From Candidatus Woesearchaeota archaeon (GTDB lineage Archaea > Nanobdellota > Nanobdellia > Woesearchaeales > JABIAG01): DNA of 64,000 nucleotides. A program made the translations under genes and the position numbers. The stretch covers positions 1-64,000 of the forward strand of contig JABIAG010000002.1 of the NCBI GenBank assembly GCA_018653365.1, in the 5' to 3' direction. The first letter of the stretch is position 1; each line of letters starts with the position of its first letter. This document shows, piece after piece, positions 39,858-47,702 of this stretch. The notes below the pieces were generated by a model, which saw only the letters and a list, made by a program, of their open reading frames with translations, was not told the origin of the DNA and ran no database searches.

Positions 39858-42101
39858 ATGAATGGAAGTATAAAGGAGTTAAAAAAGAGGTATAGAGATG
39901 AGCTTGAGAAAAAGCTAACCGTTTCTTCTGATGATTTAAAACCTATTAAGACTAAAGAGTATGTTCAGTTTAAAAAAGAGTTAAAACCCAAGTCTGTTGA
40001 CTGGTATGAAAAATTATGTAACTCTTTTGAACACATTTTCAAATTTACTCCCTCTCCTAAAGCTAGACAAAAATTATTAGAACAAATTAACATAGCTCAT
40101 ATGAATGTTACGCCCGAGGGAGTTTACACCCTTTCATATTTACTTCCTCTCTCTTTACTTTTGCTTTCTGTTGTTGGTTTTGCGCTTGTTCCAATGTTGA
40201 TTGGGGGCAATATTTCCATGTTTTTCTTGGGGATGGCCATGATTGTTAGTTTATTATTGATCGTGCCTTTGCAAAAATATCCTTCTTATTTGGCCACGGC
40301 TTGGCGGTTGAAATCTTCTAATCAGATGGTTTTGTGTGTGTTTTATCTTGTTACTTATATGCGTCAATCCTCTAATCTTGAACGAGCAATAGAGTTTGCA
40401 GGCGATCATTTGGATCCTCCTCTTTCTTTGGATCTTAAAAAAATATTGTGGAACGTTGAAAACAGAACATTTAGCTCTATGACTGATGCTCTGGATGAGT
40501 ATCTAATAAGTTGGAAGCGATTTAGTGATGAATTCATTGATGCTATTCATTTAATTCAGTCCTCTTTATTGGAGGGGAATGAGAGTAGACGGTTGGCACT
40601 TCTTGACAAGTCTTTAGATGTTATTCTTGAAGGCACTTATGAAAAAATGTTGCATTATGCTCAAAATCTTAAGAACCCAATTACAACCTTGCACATGTTG
40701 GGTGTTATTCTACCTGTTTTAGGTCTAGTTATCCTGCCTTTGGCGGTTAGTTTTATGGAGGGTTTGCAGTGGTATCATCTTGCAGTATTTTATAATTTTT
40801 TATTGCCAATTGTTGTATTCTTTCTTTCTAAGAGTATTCTTTCGACGCGTCCTGCTGGTTATGGTGATTCAGATATTAGTGAGCACATTAAGGGTTTGAA
40901 GAAATATAAGAAAGTGGGTATTTTTGGTAAGAAGATTAGAATGTCTCCTGCATTAATTGGGGGCATGATTTTTGTTGTTCTTCTTTTAATTGGTTTAATT
41001 CCAATATTTGTTTTTCCTGCAGGTGTTGAAGATACGTGTTGGGATTTCAAAAATGAAGGCTTCTTTTGTAATGATATTGAGGAAGAGGCCTGTCGTATTA
41101 CTTATTGTGCTTGGCAGTATAAGCTAGTTGAAGGGCAATTTTCTCAGTTAATTCTTAATCCTAATTCTTTTGATGTTCGTGATAAGTTAGATCGTGGTGC
41201 GGACGTTATTGGACCTTTTGGGGTCATTGCAGCACTGATGAGTTTACTAATTCCAATTGGTGCAGGTGTTGGTTTGGGTTATTATTATAAGATGCGTTCC
41301 ACTCGTGTTCTAAAAGTTAGAAAAGAAACAAAGATGATGGAGAAAGAGTTCTCTACTGCACTATTTCAGTTAGGTAATCGGTTGGGTGATGGTCTGCCTG
41401 CAGAACTCGCAATTCCTCGGGTTGCTACAATTATGGAGGGTAGTATCTCTGGTAATTTTTTCTCTCAAGTAAGTATGAACATGCAGAAGTTGGGAATGGG
41501 TTTGGCACCTGCTATTTTTGATAAAGAACATGGTGCAATTAATTATTTCCCTTCTAAAATTATTGAATCCGCTATGAAAGTTTTGGTAGAGTCGGTTAAG
41601 AAAGGTCCTTTGGTGGCTGCTCAGGCAGTTAATAACATTGCACGGTATATTAAAGAGATACATCGTGTTAATGAACGTTTAAAGGATTTGCTTGCAGATA
41701 TTATCTCCTCTATGCGTCAGCAAATTAATTTCCTTGCACCTATGATTTCAGGTGTTGTTGTGGGTATCACTTCTATGATTACGTTTATTCTTGGTAGGTT
41801 AAAGACTCAGGCTGCTGGTTTTGATGTTGGTGATGCTTCCTCTTTCCTTACTATGATGGGTGAAGGAATTCCTACGTATTTCTTTCAGTTAGTTGTTGGT
41901 TTGTATGTTGTTGAGATAGTTTTCATCTTGTCTATTATGGCAAATTCTATTGAGAATGGTAATGATAAGTTGGGTGAACGTGCCACTCTTGGTAAGAACT
42001 TACTTAAGTCCACTATGTTATATGCAACTATTGCTTTCTTTGTAATGATGGCCTTCCAGTTAATGGCTGGTGAGATAATTAGTAAAACTGGTTTGATTTA
42101 A
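39858..42101 (+). CDS. Type IV pilus membrane platform protein (fused TadB/TadC, T2SS-F-like)
   Basis: Multi-TM protein directly after the ATPase, with two T2SSF-like helical domains (NLERAIEFA; LGNRLGDGLPAE). Confidence 0.82.
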   Translation: MNGSIKELKKRYRDELEKKLTVSSDDLKPIKTKEYVQFKKELKPKSVDWYEKLCNSFEHIFKFTPSPKARQKLLEQINIAHMNVTPEGVYTLSYLLPLSLLLLSVVGFALVPMLIGGNISMFFLGMAMIVSLLLIVPLQKYPSYLATAWRLKSSNQMVLCVFYLVTYMRQSSNLERAIEFAGDHLDPPLSLDLKKILWNVENRTFSSMTDALDEYLISWKRFSDEFIDAIHLIQSSLLEGNESRRLALLDKSLDVILEGTYEKMLHYAQNLKNPITTLHMLGVILPVLGLVILPLAVSFMEGLQWYHLAVFYNFLLPIVVFFLSKSILSTRPAGYGDSDISEHIKGLKKYKKVGIFGKKIRMSPALIGGMIFVVLLLIGLIPIFVFPAGVEDTCWDFKNEGFFCNDIEEEACRITYCAWQYKLVEGQFSQLILNPNSFDVRDKLDRGADVIGPFGVIAALMSLLIPIGAGVGLGYYYKMRSTRVLKVRKETKMMEKEFSTALFQLGNRLGDGLPAELAIPRVATIMEGSISGNFFSQVSMNMQKLGMGLAPAIFDKEHGAINYFPSKIIESAMKVLVESVKKGPLVAAQAVNNIARYIKEIHRVNERLKDLLADIISSMRQQINFLAPMISGVVVGITSMITFILGRLKTQAAGFDVGDASSFLTMMGEGIPTYFFQLVVGLYVVEIVFILSIMANSIENGNDKLGERATLGKNLLKSTMLYATIAFFVMMAFQLMAGEIISKTGLI

Positions 42102-42120
42102 TTCTTTTTAGAAAATAAGG

Positions 42121-42214
42121 TGGGGCAACCGGGATTTATGTCATCACTTCGTTCTGGACAAATCCCTATTGTTTGTAAACCAATTTAGGATAAGAAATGG
42201 GGCAACCGGGATTT
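42121..42214 (-). repeat. 17-bp duplicate of the tRNA-Phe 3' end (42121-42137 / 42198-42214) with a 60-bp hairpin spacer
   Basis: Exact repeat tggggcaaccgggattt. Confidence 0.92.
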
Positions 42215-42302
42215 GAACCCGGGACACCTGCGTCTTCAGCGCAGCGCTCTCCCAGTCTGAGCTATTGTTCTGGTTTCAAAAGCCGTAACTTCCAAAATCC
42301 CC
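42198..42302 (-). tRNA. tRNA-Phe(GAA) with a 31-nt acceptor-stem intron (42268-42298, position 4/5)
   Basis: Spliced sequence GGGG^CAA TA GCTC AGACTGGGA GAGC G CTGCG CTGAAGA CGCAG GTGTC CCGGG TTCAAAT CCCGG TTGCCCC A; BRE/TATA at about 42335-42352. Confidence 0.88.
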
Positions 42303-42430
42303 AGTAAAACCCAGACAAGGTTAGGATTTATCATATATTTAAATGCTTTTCGTTTTTTTTCACTGGACATTTTTGTGCTGCACTGGACAAACGCTGCCCC
42401 AAAGTTTATAAAAAAACTTGATTCTGTTTT

Positions 42431-42573
42431 AAAAGAGCCTCGCGCAAAACTCTTTACAAAAACTTTTCCCTCAAAGAGGTCGGAACTGGTGTTCCTAAAA
42501 GTTTTTTGTGAGTTTCGCTGGTTGAGTCTCTTTTTTTGCCAAATCCAAAGTTTTGTGTAGTGAAAACTTTGGA
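42431..42573 (+). ncRNA. Structured leader or small RNA upstream of the LAGLIDADG gene
   Basis: Long interrupted stem 42431-42534 with two internal hairpins and a T7 tract, plus a perfect 11-bp hairpin (42544-42554 / 42563-42573) overlapping the RBS. Confidence 0.5.
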
Positions 42574-42583
42574 GGTTAAGAAA

Positions 42584-43330
42584 ATGAATAAAAAACCACT
42601 TTTAGTATTTGATGATGTATTAAGAACATACAAGTCTGAATATCACGGAAGAAAAGCATTTGAGAGTTACATGTCTTGGTTTCCGTTAATAGTTTCCCCT
42701 TGTCTTGCGGGAATTGTTGCAGATTTAATGTGTGATGGACATTTACAAGGTAAAAAATGGAGGTTTGATTACACTTCCAATTCTATTGAAGAGTTAGAGA
42801 GATTCAACAGAACGATTCATTCTTTATTCAAAGTTAAAGGTAAAGTAAGAAAGTGTACAACCAATAAATATGAAACTTTTAATCTAGGTGTAAATAACAG
42901 TCCTTTAGCAAGAGTGTTGAAACTTCTAGAAGTCCCTGCAGGAGCCAAGGTTTTATCTAGTTTTTCCATTCCTGATTGGATTCTTGCTGATAAGACTCTG
43001 TTTGGTAGATTCATAAATCGTTTAGTTAGTTGTGAAGGGTCTGTTGATGTAAAAAATAAATGTATTGACATTAGAATGTCAAAGTCTGAAGACTTGATTG
43101 TTGACGGTTTGTCATTCTTCAAAGATATTCAAAATTACTTGTGGAATTATTTTGAGATTAAAACAACAAACCCTTTTTTAGATCGAAGTTTCAATTTAAG
43201 AAAAGATGGGATAAAAACAAAGACGATCCGACTAAAAATAAAAAGGAAAGAATCTCTTATAACTTTCAACAAATTCATAGGTATTGATGATAAAATTAAG
43301 AATAAAAAATTAAAAAGAATAATTGGTTAA
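42584..43330 (+). CDS. Free-standing double-motif LAGLIDADG homing endonuclease
   Basis: LAGIVADLMCDG and FINRLVSCEG motifs; GGAGGT RBS before ATG 42584; no intein ends. Confidence 0.85.
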   Translation: MNKKPLLVFDDVLRTYKSEYHGRKAFESYMSWFPLIVSPCLAGIVADLMCDGHLQGKKWRFDYTSNSIEELERFNRTIHSLFKVKGKVRKCTTNKYETFNLGVNNSPLARVLKLLEVPAGAKVLSSFSIPDWILADKTLFGRFINRLVSCEGSVDVKNKCIDIRMSKSEDLIVDGLSFFKDIQNYLWNYFEIKTTNPFLDRSFNLRKDGIKTKTIRLKIKRKESLITFNKFIGIDDKIKNKKLKRIIG

Positions 43331-43711
43331 TTATTCTACAACTTCTTCTTCAACTGAACTTTCAGGTGTTTCTTCAGCTTCATCAGGTGATTCAGTTGGT
43401 GCAGCTTCTGTTGCGGGTGTATCTCCACTTACAACTTCTAACTTACCAAACTTACCTGTGGATAATTGTAATTCGCCTTGCCATTCTCCAACCCAGCCGT
43501 TCTCAATATGGATTTTGTCTCCAACGTTTACTTTGTCTACGTCTTCATTCCATAGTGTGAGTGTTACTGTTCCTGTTGAGTCTTTTACTGTTGCATTACA
43601 TACTTTGCCTGATTTTCCGAACTTTTCGAACTCTCTTGCTTCTGCTTTTTCTGCAACTTCTACTACTACATCTACATTTCCTGTTTTTGCTTTTAGATCT
43701 TTTATTTCCAT
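43331..43711 (-). CDS. ssb: Single OB-fold ssDNA-binding protein (SSB/RPA)
   Basis: KDSTGTVTLTLW, IENGWVGEWQGELQL, acidic tail. Confidence 0.88.
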   Translation of the reverse strand: MEIKDLKAKTGNVDVVVEVAEKAEAREFEKFGKSGKVCNATVKDSTGTVTLTLWNEDVDKVNVGDKIHIENGWVGEWQGELQLSTGKFGKLEVVSGDTPATEAAPTESPDEAEETPESSVEEEVVE

Positions 43712-43750
43712 TTTAAATACCTCATTGATAAAAAGAAATTAATTAGATCT

Positions 43751-45157
43751 TTATAAAAGTTTTTGTTGTAGATAATTTTTCAGCTCATCTATTTTTACTC
43801 TTTCTTGTTCGGTTGAATCTCGATCACGAACAGTCACACAGCCATCTTCTTCAAAGTCTACAGTTACACAAAAAGGAGTTCCTTCTTCATCTGCTCGTGC
43901 GTATCTCCTTCCAATTGAACCTGAAGAGTCAAACTTGCATATGAATTCGTTTCGTAATTCTTCAAACACTTCACGAGCTTCTTCTTTTAATTTATTTACT
44001 AGTGGGAATATCATTACTTTTGTTGGTGCTAGTTTATTATTGAAATGCAATACAATGTTTCCTCTTTTTTTGTCATCTTCATATGCTTCGTACATCAACA
44101 CCAAAAAGCTTCTTTCAACTCCTAGTGAGGGTTCTGCTACTACTGCGGGAATCACTTTTTCTTTTTTCTCTTCATCGTATAAGCTAAGATCTTTACCTGA
44201 TTGTTCTATGTGATTTTTTAAATCAAATTGTCCTCTGTCTGCAATTCCTTGTAATTCTTTCCATCCGAAGGGAAATTTGTATTCTAAGTCCCAACAATCT
44301 GTTGAATAGTGTGCTTTTTCATCTTTTTCGTGTTGTCTTATTCTAAAATTAGTGCCATTACATCCTAGTTCTAAGAAGAATCTTAATTCGGTTCCTAGCC
44401 AGTATGCGTGCCAGGGACTTTTTATGATGTTTTTTCCCAATGCGTCTTTTAGTTTCATTGGTTCCATTTTTTCGTTTTTTTCTTGCATTTCTGCTGAGTA
44501 AACGTTTATCTTAACATCTTCTACCTCTTTTACAAAGGGGCAGTCATTGATTGAATCTGGATGTATGAAATATTCAATTTCCATTTGTTCGAATTCTCTA
44601 TCTCGGAATATGAAGTTTCTTGGACTGATTTCATTTCTGAATGCTCTTCCTATTTGTGCTATTCCAAATGGTAACTTCATCCTGGCATTTTCAGCTACTA
44701 GTTTGAAATCTACAAACATTAGTTGTGCTGTTTCGGGTCGTAGATAGCTTTCTACTCCTTTTCCTGGGCCAACAGCTGTTTTGAACATTAGGTTAAAGTC
44801 ACCTTCAACAGCATAATCTCCCCCACATTCACATTTCACTTTTCCAACTTCTGATTTGTCGAGTTTATTTTCTTTTTTACATTTTTTACAGACTACGTAA
44901 ACGTCTGTGAAACAATCAACATGTCCAGAAGCTTTCCATACTTTTGGGTGTGTAATGATGGAACCATCTATTCCTACAATGTCTTCTCTGGATTGTACGT
45001 GGTATTTCCACCAGGCATCTTTTAAATTCTTCTTCAACTCACTTCCTAATGGTCCGAAGTCAAAGAATCCTGCCATTCCGCCGTAAATTTCAGAGTTTGG
45101 ATAGACAAAACCTTTTTTCTTACAAAAGCTTGCCATTTCATCTATTGATAATGTCAT
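43751..45157 (-). CDS. glyS: Glycine--tRNA ligase (homodimeric type)
   Basis: SEIYGG, ASGHV, YLRPETAQ, FRNEISPR, REFEQME, SIGRRYARADE. Confidence 0.97.
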   Translation of the reverse strand: MTLSIDEMASFCKKKGFVYPNSEIYGGMAGFFDFGPLGSELKKNLKDAWWKYHVQSREDIVGIDGSIITHPKVWKASGHVDCFTDVYVVCKKCKKENKLDKSEVGKVKCECGGDYAVEGDFNLMFKTAVGPGKGVESYLRPETAQLMFVDFKLVAENARMKLPFGIAQIGRAFRNEISPRNFIFRDREFEQMEIEYFIHPDSINDCPFVKEVEDVKINVYSAEMQEKNEKMEPMKLKDALGKNIIKSPWHAYWLGTELRFFLELGCNGTNFRIRQHEKDEKAHYSTDCWDLEYKFPFGWKELQGIADRGQFDLKNHIEQSGKDLSLYDEEKKEKVIPAVVAEPSLGVERSFLVLMYEAYEDDKKRGNIVLHFNNKLAPTKVMIFPLVNKLKEEAREVFEELRNEFICKFDSSGSIGRRYARADEEGTPFCVTVDFEEDGCVTVRDRDSTEQERVKIDELKNYLQQKLL

Positions 45158-45220
45158 GTTGGTTGAGAAAGATGTTGTGTTTATAAAATTTGTGTAGAAA
45201 AAAATAAAAAAATAATGGAA

Positions 45221-45862
45221 TTACTTCCATATCCACCCAAATAGTCCTTTAGATTTCTTTTCTTTTGTTGCAACGTTGTTTAGTCTTGTTTGTTCTTGTT
45301 CCATCGCTGTTATTTGTTCTTCCATGATTGCTTTTTCTTCTTCTGTTGCTTCTTCTGTTAGAACTTTTAGTTGTTCGATTTTCTCTTTGTTTGACTTAAC
45401 TTTTTCTTCGATTTCTTTTGCTGCTTCTTCATCGCCACCGGCAAACATTCTTTTGAATTTACTTCTTTTTGCAATTTTTTCTTCTGAGTTTGTTGTGGCT
45501 TTAAGTGAGTTGTTAAAGTCTTTTGCGATTGCACTTACTTGTTTGCCAATTCCGCCCTCTCTGTTTTCCATTGTTAGTAATGATTTTACTGCATCTCTAA
45601 CTCTATTTTGGCTTTGTACTTCTGATCGTACTTGTTTTTGTACTTGCTTATTTTCTGTTGAATCTGTTTTATCTTCGTCATCATCCATTAGGTCATCATC
45701 TTCGTTATCTAAATTATCATCCATTCCCTGTCCACTTCCTGCTGCCTTTAGTTCAGGATTTTCAATTCCGGTTCCTGGTTCATGTACTCCCTCTCCTTGT
45801 CTTGCCATTGCTACACTTGCTAGCAATAGTGTAATACATAGTATTAATAATATTTTTTTCAT
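45221..45862 (-). CDS. Secreted helical/coiled-coil protein
   Basis: Signal peptide, acidic linker, GGIGKQV, GLFGW at the C-terminus. Confidence 0.65.
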   Translation of the reverse strand: MKKILLILCITLLLASVAMARQGEGVHEPGTGIENPELKAAGSGQGMDDNLDNEDDDLMDDDEDKTDSTENKQVQKQVRSEVQSQNRVRDAVKSLLTMENREGGIGKQVSAIAKDFNNSLKATTNSEEKIAKRSKFKRMFAGGDEEAAKEIEEKVKSNKEKIEQLKVLTEEATEEEKAIMEEQITAMEQEQTRLNNVATKEKKSKGLFGWIWK

Positions 45863-46449
45863 TTTTGTTCCTCCTTTGCAAATATTTTTGTAAAACTATA
45901 TAGTAATCGTAAAACGGTTTCAATAACGATGATCATTATTAAATAATATATTATTGTGCTTGTTAATGAAAAGCTTTGTTTTAACACCGTAATAGAACTT
46001 GATATGGTTATTAGATTGAAGTCAATAATAAAAACACCTAGTAGTGCTAAAGGTAACATTTTTGCCAAATCTTTTGCCAGGTCTTCACTTAGGTAGGCGG
46101 TTATTCTTATTGCTGCTAATATCGCGATTGAGATTAGTAGTATGTGATTTATTGTTTGATTTTGTGTTAATAAGGATAATAGTCCAACTAATATTGCGAA
46201 CCAGATGAATGCAAATATTGGGAATAGTATTATGTATTCTACAATGTAAAGAAGGATTCTTACTGTTTTTTCTAGTGTTGGGTGTTGAGCAGTGTTGTAT
46301 TTTTTTAAGTTTAATTCAAATATGTTTTTTGCTGATATTCGTTTATATAAGACAAAAACAAGTACTGCATATATTACAATTCCAATTATAAAATAGAACG
46401 TTGGTTGTAGAACGGTTATTCCTTCAGCTATGCTTAAGTTTGAAATCAT
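45859..46449 (-). CDS. Multi-pass membrane protein
   Basis: About 5 TM helices; RITAY.SEDLAKDLAKMLP. Confidence 0.7.
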   Translation of the reverse strand: MISNLSIAEGITVLQPTFYFIIGIVIYAVLVFVLYKRISAKNIFELNLKKYNTAQHPTLEKTVRILLYIVEYIILFPIFAFIWFAILVGLLSLLTQNQTINHILLISIAILAAIRITAYLSEDLAKDLAKMLPLALLGVFIIDFNLITISSSITVLKQSFSLTSTIIYYLIMIIVIETVLRLLYSFTKIFAKEEQK

Positions 46450-46496
46450 GAATTTAAATTAGAAAACTACTATTTAAATGTTAAGAAAAAGAATTA

Positions 46497-47669
46497 TTAT
46501 TTTCTAAGCCAGGTTATTTCTTCTTCTGATAGGTCAAACTCTCTGAATTCTTTTCCCTTTTTTATCATGGTTTGAACATAAGGTAGTACGTCTGAAATAA
46601 CTCTTTTAGCAGAAGTATGAGTTTTTTCAGCTATCTTTCTAGCTATTTCTTTTCGCTTTTGATATTTCATGTTTGCCATCCATATTTTAAGGATGCGCGA
46701 GGTTGGTTTGTATGTTATCATTTCTTTGTATTTTTCTTTTTTCGATAGTGCAACTCCTGCACTCATTAACGTACCTGCATATACTAAGAATCTCCAGTGT
46801 TGCCATCTTCTTATTCTTCCCATGTAAACACTTGCTTTTGATAAGCAATCAAATGCATTAGCTATATCTTTTCCTTTATATTCTCTTGGAATGTTCTCTT
46901 CTAGCCATAACATTTGTTTGTCAATGTCTTCATTTACATTCCAAAATGCAGAATTTGCAACGTTGGCATCTGTTGTTTTAAACACTTTTAGTAATGCATT
47001 TAGCATGTTTTCTGTTTTGTCTCTAAATCCAATTAGTTCTAAATTGTCAAGTTTTCCCTCACCGGTTAACATTTGTAAATCGTTTATTGCTGCTCTTAAA
47101 TCTCCCCCACTTCTTCTTGCTAAATCAGATAGTAATTCTTCTTTATATTCGATTCCTTCGTTTTCACAAATATGTTTTAGTTTGTTTAAGATTGCTTCAT
47201 GGTCGAGTGTGTTGAATTCAAGTAGGGTGCATTTTTTTCTTAATCCTGAGAATTTTTTGTCAAAGGGATCATTTGCTGTGATGATCATTGGGAATGGTGA
47301 ATCAATGATTAGTTTTACTAATGCTGTTACTCCTCCGCGATCTTTTTGTCCAGATATGCCATCTACTTCATCTATTAATACTATTTTGCCCTTGTTAAAT
47401 GAGAATAGGGATTGTTGTTGGGTTGCACTTCCTACTATGTCTTCTATTTGGCTTTTATTACGTGCATCTGATGCGTTTACCTCGAATACTTCCATTTCGC
47501 TTTCTGCAGCTATGGCATATATTGCGGATGTTTTTCCACATCCTACTGGTCCGTATACAAATGCTGCTTTTCCTTTTTTGAAGTTGCTAACAAATTCTTT
47601 TAACCCTTTCAAATCCTGGCCTACTACTTCAGCAGAAGTTTTTGGCAGGTATTTATCTGTGTAGTTCAT
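46497..47669 (-). CDS. rfcL: Replication factor C large subunit
   Basis: KYLPK, GPVGCGKTS, EVNASDAR, IDEVDG, GDLRAAINDLQ. Confidence 0.95.
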   Translation of the reverse strand: MNYTDKYLPKTSAEVVGQDLKGLKEFVSNFKKGKAAFVYGPVGCGKTSAIYAIAAESEMEVFEVNASDARNKSQIEDIVGSATQQQSLFSFNKGKIVLIDEVDGISGQKDRGGVTALVKLIIDSPFPMIITANDPFDKKFSGLRKKCTLLEFNTLDHEAILNKLKHICENEGIEYKEELLSDLARRSGGDLRAAINDLQMLTGEGKLDNLELIGFRDKTENMLNALLKVFKTTDANVANSAFWNVNEDIDKQMLWLEENIPREYKGKDIANAFDCLSKASVYMGRIRRWQHWRFLVYAGTLMSAGVALSKKEKYKEMITYKPTSRILKIWMANMKYQKRKEIARKIAEKTHTSAKRVISDVLPYVQTMIKKGKEFREFDLSEEEITWLRK

Positions 47670-47702
47670 TAAGAATTATTAACTTTTAATCATATATAAC
47701 TA

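Noticed and set aside
42536-43330. LAGLIDADG as an intein or intron-encoded ORF
   Set aside because: It has its own RBS, start and stop, no splicing motifs, and no flanking exon halves were found.
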